The position numbers and the translations under genes are program-made. This document shows, piece by piece, positions 49,876-59,702 of a DNA stretch of 64,000 bases. The DNA is taken from the NCBI GenBank assembly GCA_963790475.1, contig CAWBOS010000012.1, positions 544,001 to 608,000 of the forward strand. Direction: 5' to 3'. The notes under the pieces are model-generated. The model was not told the origin of the DNA, searched no databases, and saw only the letters and a list, made by a program, of their open reading frames with translations. The DNA comes from an uncultured delta proteobacterium (GTDB lineage Bacteria; Desulfobacterota; RBG-13-43-22). Position 1 is the first letter of the stretch, and each line of letters begins with the position of its first letter.

Positions 49876-51357
49876 CTACTTCTCCGGCTTCAATAGAGGG
49901 AACAAAATTACCTCCCTAATAGAAGGGGCATCGGTAAAAAGCATGACCATCCGATCGATGCCGATCCCTTCACCGGCTGTCGGTGGCAAGCCGTATTCCA
50001 AGGCCGTTAGATAATCCCAATCGATGTCCTGGGCTTCATCATCCCCTGCCTCTTTGGCCCTCATCTGATTAATGAACCGTTCTTTTTGATCCAAGGGGTC
50101 ATTGAGTTCCGTAAACCCATTGGCAAACTCACGCCCGCAGATAAACAGTTCAAAACGATCGGTAATTTCCGGGTCTTCTTTACTTCTTTTGGCCAGAGGG
50201 GAAACTTCTATAGGATAGCCGGTGACAAAAGTCGGCTGACGCAATTGGGGTTCCACCACCTGTTCAAAAATTTTGGTCAGGGCCTTTCCTAGGCCATCGA
50301 CGGATTTTAGATCTGCACCCAGGGAACGGGCCATTTCAATTGCCCGCCCGGTATCTTCCAAGATCCCGGGATCAAAATTTCCTATCTCGACCAGGGACTG
50401 CAGAAATGGAAGGCGTCTCCAGGGAGGGGTTAAATCAATAGACTCTTCCTGGTAGCTCCAGGTTAAACTTCCTTTAAGATTTTGGGCCAGGGAAGAAAAA
50501 AGTTCTTCGGTTAAGGCCATTAAATCCTGATAAGTGGCATAGGCCTGGTAGAATTCAATCATGGTAAATTCCGGATTATGCTTTATGGAGATCCCTTCAT
50601 TCCTAAAATTCCGGTTTATTTCAAAAACCTTGTCCAGGCCTCCGATAACCAGACGCTTCAAATACAGTTCCGGCGCGATCCTTAGAAATAAAGGAAGGTT
50701 AAGCGCATTATGAAAGGTCTCGAAAGGTTTTGCCGTAGCCCCGCCGGCGATGGGTTGCATCATCGGAGTCTCGACTTCTAAAAACCCTCTTTCAGTCATA
50801 AAACCCCGTATCAAATGAATCATTCTGGAGCGTAACTGAAAAATTTCCCGGACCTTGGGATTGACCAACAGGTCCAGATAGCGCTGGCGATATCGCTGTT
50901 CGACATCTATCAGGCCATGAAATTTTTCCGGCAAAGATCGGAAAGATTTGGATAATAATTCAATTTTTTTTACTAATAGGGTCAGTTCCCCGGTTTTGGT
51001 TTTAAAAAGGCTCCCTTCCAGACCCAGGAAATCTCCCAAGTCGATTTTCTTAAAAAGGTGGAACTGATTCTCACCAATCAGGTCTTTTTTCAGATACCCC
51101 TGAAGACGTCCCGTCCCGTCTTGAATATGAAAGAAGATGCTTTTCCCGAAATCCCGCAGGGTCATTAATCTCCCCGCGGTCTGCACGGTAATTGTTGATT
51201 CATCCGGTGTGGATCCTTCCAGGGAACCAAACTGGGCCTGGATTTCTTCGATTTTATGACTGACCCGGTTAAAACTGGGGTAGAGGTCTATCCCGAGGGC
51301 TTTGAGCTCTTCCGCTTTTTTCAAGCGTTGTTGTCTTAGCTGGTTTTCTTCTTCCAT
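49876..51357 (-). CDS. lysS: Lysine--tRNA ligase (class II)
   Basis: [41 protein letters not shown]. Confidence 0.97.
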   Translation of the reverse strand: MEEENQLRQQRLKKAEELKALGIDLYPSFNRVSHKIEEIQAQFGSLEGSTPDESTITVQTAGRLMTLRDFGKSIFFHIQDGTGRLQGYLKKDLIGENQFHLFKKIDLGDFLGLEGSLFKTKTGELTLLVKKIELLSKSFRSLPEKFHGLIDVEQRYRQRYLDLLVNPKVREIFQLRSRMIHLIRGFMTERGFLEVETPMMQPIAGGATAKPFETFHNALNLPLFLRIAPELYLKRLVIGGLDKVFEINRNFRNEGISIKHNPEFTMIEFYQAYATYQDLMALTEELFSSLAQNLKGSLTWSYQEESIDLTPPWRRLPFLQSLVEIGNFDPGILEDTGRAIEMARSLGADLKSVDGLGKALTKIFEQVVEPQLRQPTFVTGYPIEVSPLAKRSKEDPEITDRFELFICGREFANGFTELNDPLDQKERFINQMRAKEAGDDEAQDIDWDYLTALEYGLPPTAGEGIGIDRMVMLFTDAPSIREVILFPLLKPEK

Positions 51358-51491
51358 TGACTAAGTCCTTTAAACCCGTTACTATTATTAATAAATCAGG
51401 GATAAGCAAATAAACGCTGAATATTATATTGTTTTCTATAATTAGTCAAGGATAAACCCCTGGTAAATTTTAAGGGATTTAACAACCATCC

Positions 51492-52661
51492 ATGGATATT
51501 AAGATCTTGTTTCTATTGAGTTTGGCCCACCTGGTTACTGATATCAATCAAGGGGCCGTCCCCGCCCTTCTGCCTTTTATGAAAGAGGCTTTGGGACTCT
51601 CTTACACCGCCGCCGGGATGGTACTCCTGGCCTCAAATATGACCTCTTCGATTATTCAGCCGCTATTCGGGCTTTTTTCAGACCGTCGCCCGAAGGTCTG
51701 GTTGATTCCCCTGGGGGTTTTGGTGGCCGGACTGGGGATCGGCTTCTCCGGGTTATCTCCGAACTATGGGGTCCTTCTTTTGTCGGTCATTATGGGCGGA
51801 TTAGGGGTGGCTGCTTTTCATCCGGAAGGATTTAAAACCGCCCATTTTTTTATCGGTCAAAAAAAGGCTTCGGGCATGTCCATCTTTTCCGTTGGAGGAA
51901 ACCTGGGATTTGCTTTAGGACCCTTTACCCTTGCCCTGGTGGTTACCCATTTTTCCCTGGCGGGAACCCTTTTTTATTGTCTACCGGGTATATTCATGGC
52001 CGGCTTCCTCCTTTTCCTTAGGTCATCTTTGCGCTACCCTGCCCCTGTAATACAAAAAGACCAGGATTTAACCAACCCAAATTCGCTTGTGTCTTACAGT
52101 AAACTGACCTTACTGATCCTTATTGTCACCATGAGATCTTGGATACAAATGGGACTGGTAACCTTTATTCCATTTTATTATATCAACCATTTAAAGGGAG
52201 ATCCCCTGCTGGCCGGCAAAATGGTCACCACTTTTCTGATATCTGGAACCGCAGGAACCCTTTTGGGAGCCCGTCTGGCGGACCGCTGGGGACACAAGTT
52301 CTTCCTATCCCTGACCATGCTGCTTATGATTCCCCTCCTGATCCTCTTTCTTCAAGTCCAGGGATGGGGGGCTTTCCTTGTCCTGGCTTTGTCCGGATTC
52401 GTTTTGATCGCCAGTTTTTCCGTCACAGTGGTCATGGCTCAGGATCTTTTACCCGGCAGGTTGGGTGTGGCCTCGGGTTTGATGGTCGGGTTTGCCATCG
52501 GGACCGGTGGATTAGGGGTAACCCTGCTGGGTCTGGTGGCCGATACCTGGGGAGTGCCGGCAGCCTTACAGACCATGATGGTCATGCCCATTATGGGTTT
52601 CTTGTTTTGTTTGTTTTTACCCTCCGCTTCCTTTCATCAAGCTAAAGATTGGCAGGGTTAA
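51492..52661 (+). CDS. MFS transporter, Fsr-like
   Basis: AHLVTD..QG, IQPLFG..SDR, AAFHPEG, GGNLGFALGP. Confidence 0.85.
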   Translation: MDIKILFLLSLAHLVTDINQGAVPALLPFMKEALGLSYTAAGMVLLASNMTSSIIQPLFGLFSDRRPKVWLIPLGVLVAGLGIGFSGLSPNYGVLLLSVIMGGLGVAAFHPEGFKTAHFFIGQKKASGMSIFSVGGNLGFALGPFTLALVVTHFSLAGTLFYCLPGIFMAGFLLFLRSSLRYPAPVIQKDQDLTNPNSLVSYSKLTLLILIVTMRSWIQMGLVTFIPFYYINHLKGDPLLAGKMVTTFLISGTAGTLLGARLADRWGHKFFLSLTMLLMIPLLILFLQVQGWGAFLVLALSGFVLIASFSVTVVMAQDLLPGRLGVASGLMVGFAIGTGGLGVTLLGLVADTWGVPAALQTMMVMPIMGFLFCLFLPSASFHQAKDWQG

Positions 52662-52863
52662 TCCTAAGAAGGTTTCAAAAGTCAAGTGGGCTCTTGCCTT
52701 TTTGATCGTGAAGCACTTTGATGAATTTTTCGATTTCAGACCATTCCTAAAATTGACCGGATATAAAGAAAAAACAACTTAACGGGTTGAAAATTAATTG
52801 TTGAGAGATTATTTATCATCTATAATAAGTGGAGTGAAATCTAAAAAGGTTAGGAGAAGATTG

Positions 52864-53256
52864 ATGAAATCAAAAGTTTCTTTACTGGTAATCTTTGGAT
52901 TGCTTTTGGTCTTCCTTGGGGGATGTGGCGGGACTTACAGTGGAACTTCCAATTATTTGTCAATTGCGGGTACATGGACCAAGGATGATGCCCTTTCAAC
53001 AGGAGACGGCTCTACTTTGCCGGAGCAAATGACTTTCACTGAAAACGGATATGGAAGTTCCTCGGGAGGTGTCTATGCGGCTGCCCTATTTTACTGGACT
53101 TATCAGGGTACCACGTTAGCTTTCTACCACGCTACACAAATAGGGCAGAAAGACACGACGACATTTTTAGTGCTCACCGCACCTTTGGTCGGTACGGTGG
53201 TAAGTCCGCTAATTTTGACAACCTCCACTGGGGGAACAGCCACCTATAACCGTTGA
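52864..53256 (+). CDS. Hypothetical Thr/Gly-rich lipoprotein
   Basis: AGGAGA RBS; lipobox LGGC. Confidence 0.7.
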   Translation: MKSKVSLLVIFGLLLVFLGGCGGTYSGTSNYLSIAGTWTKDDALSTGDGSTLPEQMTFTENGYGSSSGGVYAAALFYWTYQGTTLAFYHATQIGQKDTTTFLVLTAPLVGTVVSPLILTTSTGGTATYNR

Positions 53257-53332
53257 TTGTGTCTATTCTGGTGAGGTTAGTAAAGAAACAATATCCAGAG
53301 CCTCAGGAGCAAACCAACCAGCGCTCAGGGGA

Positions 53333-53393
53333 GACTAACCATTAGAGTTGCAGGCGGCCAGCCCGCGGCCGCCGCTGAGCTCAAACATTGAAT
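53333..53393 (+). repeat. Degenerate integron attC-like site
   Basis: GACTAAC...GAGTTGCAGGCGGCC/GGCCGCCGCTGAGCTC...AAACATTGAAT; 61 bp with an unpaired base. Confidence 0.5.
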
Positions 53394-53415
53394 CATCGTG
53401 CCAATTGGGGTGAAA

Positions 53416-53881
53416 ATGGACGAAGAAAAGCTTCTGAAAGCTAATGAAGAACTAAGAGAATTGCGGAAGCCGATACAGAATGTCAATATTAGACATAAGG
53501 AAAGTCTTAGTGCCTTAGAAAAGATTGCCGTCAAAGTTACCGACCATGTTGGCTCAATGGAGTTTTTCTTAATAATATTTCTATGGACCTTATTATGGCT
53601 TGGTTGGAATACTTTGGCGCCAAAAAGTTTACGGTTTGATCCTTTTCCTGCCTTCGTTTTGTGGCTTTTTATCTCCAATTATGATTCAGATATTCTTAAT
53701 GCCTTTGATCATGATCGGTCAAAATCTCCAAGGCCGTCATGCCGAAAAAAGAGCAGAGTCGGACTTCAATGTAAACGTAAGGGCGGAAAAAGAGATTGAA
53801 GTTATACTCCTTCATCTGGCCAATCAGAATGAACTTGTTTTGAAAATTCTTGAAAATGTCGAGAAAAGAAAAAATAGCTAA
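53416..53881 (+). pseudogene. DUF1003-family membrane protein with a +1 frameshift
   Basis: EKIA...VGSM..F, FDPFP, PLIMIGQN, DFNVN..AE.EI; extra T at 53679-53680. Confidence 0.8.
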
Positions 53882-54097
53882 AAGACTAAAGGGAACATTG
53901 GCTAAATTTTAAGACCTTTTAGAACCCAACTGCCTCCACTTGACCATGAGGAAAATTCCCAACATAGTAATCCCGCCGATCGTTCGCAGTTCCAGATAAT
54001 TTCTGCCCCAAAGTAACAATGGGGGGCGGTTTATCCATTCGAATCTAAAAACACATCACGCCATACGAAACCATAAATAAAAGAGACCCATCAATCT

Positions 54098-54124
54098 TTT
54101 ACAAGATGTCATCTTTTTTTTACA
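54098..54124. promoter_or_regulatory. Putative sigma54 activator binding site (variant)
   Basis: TTTACA-aga-TGTCA...TTTACA, ~130-150 bp upstream of the promoter at 54249. Confidence 0.45.
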
Positions 54125-54248
54125 CCTCTAACTCTCAAAGTTTCAAGAGAAGGTTAATCATGCTATCGGGAATTGACCGTATAGTTGTAAGTTGTTATTA
54201 TAACTTAATTTTTTAATTACAAAATCCGAAAAGATTTATCCGGGCCTC

Positions 54249-54264
54249 TGGCATGGATATTGCG
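54249..54264 (+). promoter_or_regulatory. Sigma54 promoter for module B
   Basis: TGGCATGGATATTGCG = GG-N10-GC. Confidence 0.78.
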
Positions 54265-54329
54265 TGCTTTTTATCACAAGGAAAGGGAATGCCCTTGGGG
54301 TTTAATTCACCTTTAATAATCTAAGGAGG

Positions 54330-54632
54330 ATGTCAATGCAAGGATTGTGGAAAAAATTAGTGTTTCTGGCCGGGATGGGGCTCTTATTAATCCCAGAGCT
54401 TGCCCTGGCCTCGGGAGAAGGGTCTGATTTAATCGTTATTGTGGCCGATACCCGCCGATTAACCGGGTGGGAGGCCTGGTGGGCTAACCTTTACAATGAA
54501 AGCCATGCTTACTTTACCGCTGTGACGGTTGTCACAATTCCCTTGGTCGGCTTGATCCTTGGGTTATCTGCCGATTTTGTGATGAAAAGGATCGGGATCG
54601 ACCTGTCTTCCAGGGAACTGTCGGAACATTAA
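54330..54632 (+). CDS. DVU0150-family small membrane protein
   Basis: IVADTR..GWEAWWANLYNESH, C-terminus IGIDLSSRELSEH; AAGGAGG RBS (family from recall). Confidence 0.75.
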   Translation: MSMQGLWKKLVFLAGMGLLLIPELALASGEGSDLIVIVADTRRLTGWEAWWANLYNESHAYFTAVTVVTIPLVGLILGLSADFVMKRIGIDLSSRELSEH

Positions 54633-54752
54633 TAAGAAGAAATCGATTGGTGTTGCGTTTTAATCGTTCGGCTAAGTATTTCCAAAAGTAAGCGTCCCTC
54701 AAGGGGAAAACGTCATATCAAGATAAGATTCATTTGGTAAGGAGGATATAAT

Positions 54753-55802
54753 ATGGATTGGTTATACGTTATAATGCCTATTTCCGGAGTAACGATATTC
54801 TGGCCAGGCTTAATCATCCTGGGATTAGGAGTCGGAATAATCGGTGGTTTCTTTGGAATGGGTGGGGCCTGGATGGTGACCCCGGGGCTTAATATCCTCG
54901 GTTTTCCCATGGCCTTTGCCATTGGGACCGATGCGGCTCACATGGCCGGGAAATCCCTGATATCGACCCTTCGTCATGGTAAATTCGGGAATGTCGATTA
55001 TAAATTAGGATTCATCATGCTCATCGGCACTATCATCGGGATTGAGATCGGGGCCCAAATGATCATGTGGTTTGAACGTCTGGGCAAGGTGGATTTATAT
55101 GTTCGATGGTTATACGTTATTTTGTTGACCTTGATCGCCTGGATGGTCTTTACCGATGTATTTAAGAAACGAAAGAAAGAGAATGAACTCAGGGCGGCGG
55201 GGCAAGAGTTGGATAATATGGCTACAGGCATTGAATGGCACAAGACCATGCACAAAATAAAGATCCCCCCGATGGTCCATTTCAAAACAGCCCAGATTTA
55301 TTGTACCGCCTGGCTGCCGATCTTTGTCAGTTTTTTAACCGGCTGGCTGGCCGGGATCCTGGGTATCGGCGGAGGGCTTATCCGCATGCCCGCCTTGATT
55401 TATTTTATCGGGGCCCCAACTCACATTGCTGTCGGGACCGATCTGTTTGAAGTGATGATTTCCGGTCTGTATGAGGCCGGCACTTTTACCTTTAAAGGTC
55501 GAACCGAACTTTTGGCCGCCTTGATCATGCTAATCGGAGCGGCTGTCGGGGCTCAGGTCGGAACCGTAGCCACCAAATACATCAAAGGGTACGGGATCCG
55601 AATCGCCTTTGGGTTGGCGGTCATCGGCTGTGAAATTTCAGTCATTATGAAACTTCTGCCCAAGTATGTGCCGGCTTGGAAAGGATGGCTGGACCCTTCG
55701 GCGACCGTTCTGGTCCTGGGATTGGTCAGCGCCTTATCCCTCTATATTCTAGTCAAGATGATTCAGGGGGCCAAACAAGAGCTGGCCATGAAGAAAAGAT
55801 AG
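54753..55802 (+). CDS. TauE/SafE (TSUP) family transporter, copy B
   Basis: GGFFGMGGAW, AIGTD, GILGIGGG, HIAVGTDL. Confidence 0.9.
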   Translation: MDWLYVIMPISGVTIFWPGLIILGLGVGIIGGFFGMGGAWMVTPGLNILGFPMAFAIGTDAAHMAGKSLISTLRHGKFGNVDYKLGFIMLIGTIIGIEIGAQMIMWFERLGKVDLYVRWLYVILLTLIAWMVFTDVFKKRKKENELRAAGQELDNMATGIEWHKTMHKIKIPPMVHFKTAQIYCTAWLPIFVSFLTGWLAGILGIGGGLIRMPALIYFIGAPTHIAVGTDLFEVMISGLYEAGTFTFKGRTELLAALIMLIGAAVGAQVGTVATKYIKGYGIRIAFGLAVIGCEISVIMKLLPKYVPAWKGWLDPSATVLVLGLVSALSLYILVKMIQGAKQELAMKKR

Positions 55803-55816
55803 GAAAGAGGTGATTT

Positions 55817-56425
55817 ATGAAAAAAAGCTATTGGATAATCGCACTGGCGTTGATACCGATCATGATAACCCTCGGCTGTGGAAAGTTGGGCAAAGTGGAC
55901 CAAGGAAGGGTTATTCAATTCGATAAAAACAAAAAGACGGTAACTTTGATCCGGGATAAAAGTGCCGATCCCCAAAACCCGGAGTACAGTTATCTTCCAC
56001 CCATGACCTATACCCTCCCCGTTGATCCCCAGGAAATGGGGCCCGACCCGAAGGTCGGATTAAGAATGAAACTGGATATCCAGAATAAGCAGATTGTAAT
56101 TTTCGATACCGGGGCTCAAAATTTCAAAACCATTCAATATACCCTGGTGGATCAAAAGGAAAAAATTACCAAAGACGACCCGTTGGTCTTTGATAAAGAT
56201 AAGGATAAACCCAAAAAATTCCCGGTTATTGATCGGGAAAACAAGACGATAACTATTTATTCCAAAAGACAACAAACCCTGATCACCTTTTCCCTCCCCG
56301 ACGAATATTTCGTCTTGCCGGACTATACCTGGGATTCCGGGGACGAGGTTCGTATTTATTACAAGGAAGAAGGAAAGGCCAAGAGGTTTATGAACGTAAC
56401 TAAAACGGATATATTTAAAAAATAG
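55817..56425 (+). CDS. Lipoprotein, DUF4881-like
   Basis: Lipobox TLGC; GKVDQGRVI; WDSGDEVRIYYKE (family from recall). Confidence 0.7.
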   Translation: MKKSYWIIALALIPIMITLGCGKLGKVDQGRVIQFDKNKKTVTLIRDKSADPQNPEYSYLPPMTYTLPVDPQEMGPDPKVGLRMKLDIQNKQIVIFDTGAQNFKTIQYTLVDQKEKITKDDPLVFDKDKDKPKKFPVIDRENKTITIYSKRQQTLITFSLPDEYFVLPDYTWDSGDEVRIYYKEEGKAKRFMNVTKTDIFKK

Positions 56426-56606
56426 GCATGAAGCGTGAGGCACGAAGCATAAAGAATAAGGAACAGGTTTGGGGTTTGAGGTGCAAGGTTTAAGGTCTAA
56501 AAAAGATAGGAAAGGATTGAAGATAGGTTATTGCCTTGAACCTTTTGCTTTTTTATCGTGGCCTTTCGCCTCTCGCCTGTTGCCCCTTGCCTACAGCCTA
56601 TTGCCA
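56426..56606. repeat. Inverted arrays of degenerate heptamer repeats
   Basis: aggcatg-aagcgtg-aggcacg; aggtttg-gggtttg-aggtgca-aggttta; gcctttc-gcctctc-gcctgtt-gcccctt-gcctaca-gcctatt. Confidence 0.65.
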
Positions 56607-56617
56607 CCGAATTATTA

Positions 56618-57403
56618 ATGGACCTAAAACAGACGGCAACCTGGAGTCGATGGGCAGGAAGAATAGGATCTTTTCTATGTATCCTTCTTTTTCTGGTTAT
56701 TATCGATGCCCTGGTTTCAAGATTCAGAGAGCCCCATAACCGATTTTCCGGTTTGCCGGGGGACCGCATAGCCGTCAGCGGTCCCCTGGCGGAAAAAATA
56801 GAACAGGTCGGGGAGTTGACCTATCGAACCAATTCCCCGGATATTCAGCTTGAGTTTGATGCCATACAGACCGGCTTCTGGTTGGGGGGGTATCTCTGGA
56901 ATGGTTATTTGAGCATCGGGCCCCGCACTCGCCCCGGTGGATACCAACTGACGGTTCAGAATAAGAAGACCCAGTCCGAGAAATCGCCTTCTCTTTTCCA
57001 AATCGAAGTGTATAATGACCGAAGGGAATTTCAGCGAAATTCAAAATCTTTTTTGGTGAGTTCGCTTGGAATTTATCCCTGGCAGGCAGGTCTCTTCTTA
57101 ATCCCCTTTATTGCCTTTACCTTTGGGGGTGTTTTTTACCTTTCTCATAAAACGGAAGGCCTTTTGGCTGAACAAGGGAAAGCCGAAGTATATCGAGTCA
57201 GGAAAGGGGAGACCGGTTATGAGATTTTCTTTGGACTCGGGCGGAAACAGGGGATCCGACCGGGAAACCGCCTTATCCTCTCCAATAGCCAGGGGAAAGA
57301 GATCGGATCGGTATCCGTTGAGGAAGTCTTTGAAGGCCATTCAACCGCTCGGGTAGATTTTGGGCTGACTATTCAGCCGGGATTCATTATTTCGCGATCA
57401 TAA
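56618..57403 (+). CDS. Hypothetical two-TM membrane protein
   Basis: Start MDLKQT; GFWLGG.LW motif; operon position. Confidence 0.75.
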   Translation: MDLKQTATWSRWAGRIGSFLCILLFLVIIDALVSRFREPHNRFSGLPGDRIAVSGPLAEKIEQVGELTYRTNSPDIQLEFDAIQTGFWLGGYLWNGYLSIGPRTRPGGYQLTVQNKKTQSEKSPSLFQIEVYNDRREFQRNSKSFLVSSLGIYPWQAGLFLIPFIAFTFGGVFYLSHKTEGLLAEQGKAEVYRVRKGETGYEIFFGLGRKQGIRPGNRLILSNSQGKEIGSVSVEEVFEGHSTARVDFGLTIQPGFIISRS

Positions 57404-57417
57404 AGAATATTTAACTT

Positions 57418-59070
57418 ATGGAAGAAAAACACTACAAAAAATTATGGCTTAAAATCATCTCTACCACCCTCGGTTTTTCATTAATCCCCCTGATTGTCTT
57501 AGGGGTTACCATCTATTACCAGTTCAGCGTTTCTTACTCCGCCAAAATTTATGAAAACTTGAAAACCTTGGCCGAAAACCGGCGCAGCGCCCTTGATCTT
57601 TTCTTCGATGAACGGGTCTCCCAATTGGCTACCATCGCCCATACCCATTCCCTGAAGCAATTGGGTGACGAGTCCTACCTAAATAAATTATTTGATACCA
57701 TGCAAACCCGCTCCAAATCCTATATTGATATTGGAATCATCGACCAGGAAGGCAATCATCTGGCTTATATCGGTCCCTATCCGGAATTGAAAGAGGTCAA
57801 TTATAAAAAAGAAGACTGGTTTCAATCGGCCATGTCCGGCGGGGTTTATATCAGCGATGTTTTCCTGGGCTATCGAAAATTTCCCCATTTCATCATTGCC
57901 ATCATGAGCCGGGAAAAAGACAAAAGCTGGATCCTCCGAGCGACCATCAATTCCGACATCATCGATAGTATCGTCCGGGCGGCCCAAATCGGGAAAAAGG
58001 GAGATGCTTTTATTATTAACAAAAGGAATATCCTCCAGACCGCCCCTCGTTTCAGCGGCGACCTTTTCGGGTTTCCCAAATCTCCGGATTTTTCCAAAAT
58101 CGTTGAGCCCCAGGTGGAATCAATAAAAATCGATGGTAACCCCGGTCTCTTTGCCGCCACGCAACTTATCAACACCAATTGGATTCTGGTGGTCAAAGAA
58201 GACCCTAGAGAACAGTTGACCCCTCTGCTCCGGGCCCGAACGATCGCCGGTTTTCTTTTTTTGGGAGGGATCCTGTTGATTGTCATCGGGGCCTTCTTAT
58301 CAACCCGCTCTATGATGCAGCAATTGATCCGGGTCGATCGGGAAAAGGCGGTCAGCGAGGACATGGTGATCCAGTCCAGCAAAATGGCCGCTCTCGGTAA
58401 AATGGCAGCCGGTATTGCCCATGAGATCAATAATCCCCTGGCGGTTATCGGAGAAAAAGCCGGCTGGATCAAAGACCTGTTGGCTGAAGAAGATCTGGCA
58501 AAAAATGAAAACTTTAAAGAGTTCGAAGATGCAGTTAAAAGAATCGAGCACCATGTGGAACGGGCCAAAAAAGTGACTCACCGTCTCCTTGGCTTTGCCC
58601 GAAGGATGGAGCCAACCCTGGAACAGGTGGATATCAACAAAACCTTAAACGAGACGGTTGATTTTCTGGAAAATGAATCCAGATTCCGGAATATCGATAT
58701 CCAGATAGATCCCAAGAACAGCCTTCCCACCATTATGAGCGACTCCTCCCAGTTACAGCAGGTCTTTCTGAATATCATTAATAATGCTATCGACGCCATT
58801 GGAAAAGGTGGGGAGATCGTCATCCGGACCACCCATCTTCCCTTGAACAACGAAATCATGATCGAGATCACCGATAATGGACCGGGAATCCCCAAGGAAA
58901 ACCTGGGAAAGATTTTTGACCCCTTTTTCACCACCAAAGAGGTGGGTAAAGGAACGGGATTAGGGCTTTCGATTGTCTACAGCATTATTGAAAAATTGGG
59001 AGGCCGGATCATGGTGGCCAGCGAAGAGGGCCAAGGCACGACTTTCACTATTTATCTGCCCGTTAAATAA
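57418..59070 (+). CDS. Sensor histidine kinase, paralog of 1278..3044
   Basis: [39 protein letters not shown]. Confidence 0.92.
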   Translation: MEEKHYKKLWLKIISTTLGFSLIPLIVLGVTIYYQFSVSYSAKIYENLKTLAENRRSALDLFFDERVSQLATIAHTHSLKQLGDESYLNKLFDTMQTRSKSYIDIGIIDQEGNHLAYIGPYPELKEVNYKKEDWFQSAMSGGVYISDVFLGYRKFPHFIIAIMSREKDKSWILRATINSDIIDSIVRAAQIGKKGDAFIINKRNILQTAPRFSGDLFGFPKSPDFSKIVEPQVESIKIDGNPGLFAATQLINTNWILVVKEDPREQLTPLLRARTIAGFLFLGGILLIVIGAFLSTRSMMQQLIRVDREKAVSEDMVIQSSKMAALGKMAAGIAHEINNPLAVIGEKAGWIKDLLAEEDLAKNENFKEFEDAVKRIEHHVERAKKVTHRLLGFARRMEPTLEQVDINKTLNETVDFLENESRFRNIDIQIDPKNSLPTIMSDSSQLQQVFLNIINNAIDAIGKGGEIVIRTTHLPLNNEIMIEITDNGPGIPKENLGKIFDPFFTTKEVGKGTGLGLSIVYSIIEKLGGRIMVASEEGQGTTFTIYLPVK

Positions 59071-59090
59071 TTTTGACCGTATACAAAGTA

Positions 59091-59293
59091 ATATCCAAGA
59101 ATCCCGGGCCGAGGGGCCCTCTTTCCGGGAGTTTTCCAGAAGGCAATCCCAAGCCCCATCCCGGCCTAAAAGATAAGTTAACAGGAAATAGGGCATTCTT
59201 GCTGAACCCGTTTCCGGCTTTGGTGTAGGCTTGCGCTCGAAAAAAATGAAGTTGCGCCCCGGCGAAGAAACTCAGGGCCTAAGGATGGACAAC
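59091..59293. other. Intergenic long-hairpin element resembling 31691-31850
   Basis: GGCCCT/AGGGCC and CTTTCCGGG/CCCGGCGAAG stems; similar termini. Confidence 0.35.
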
Positions 59294-59306
59294 CATAAGG
59301 AGGGTT

Positions 59307-59702
59307 ATGACTGAGAATTTTAATATTTTAATAGTGGATGATGAAGAAGATTTTCGGGTAACCTTGGTTAAGAGGCTGCAAAAACGCAACCAGCAGGTCT
59401 TTGGTGCTGAAAGCGGTCAAAAGGCCCTGACCCTTATGGAGGCCATGGTCTTTGATGTCGTTGTTCTGGATGTCAAAATGCCGGGAATGGACGGGATAGA
59501 AACCATCCGGGAAATGAAGAAAAAAAATCCCTTAACGGAAGTGATCCTGCTCACCGGCCATGCCTCAATGGAATCAGGGATAGAAGGAATGAAATTAGGG
59601 GCCTTTGATTACGTTATGAAGCCGGTAAATATTGATGAGCTTTTGGAAAAAATCCGACAGGCCTATGAAAGAAAACGGGTTCAAGAGGAGGAGAGGGAAT
59701 AA
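59307..59702 (+). CDS. Single-domain response regulator
   Basis: ILIVDDE, VLDVKMPGMDG, LLTGH, GAFDYVMKP. Confidence 0.92.
   Translation: MTENFNILIVDDEEDFRVTLVKRLQKRNQQVFGAESGQKALTLMEAMVFDVVVLDVKMPGMDGIETIREMKKKNPLTEVILLTGHASMESGIEGMKLGAFDYVMKPVNIDELLEKIRQAYERKRVQEEERE

Noticed and set aside
56426-56606. CRISPR array
   Set aside because: Units are 7-nt degenerate tandems without spacers; no cas genes or 25-40 bp repeats in the window
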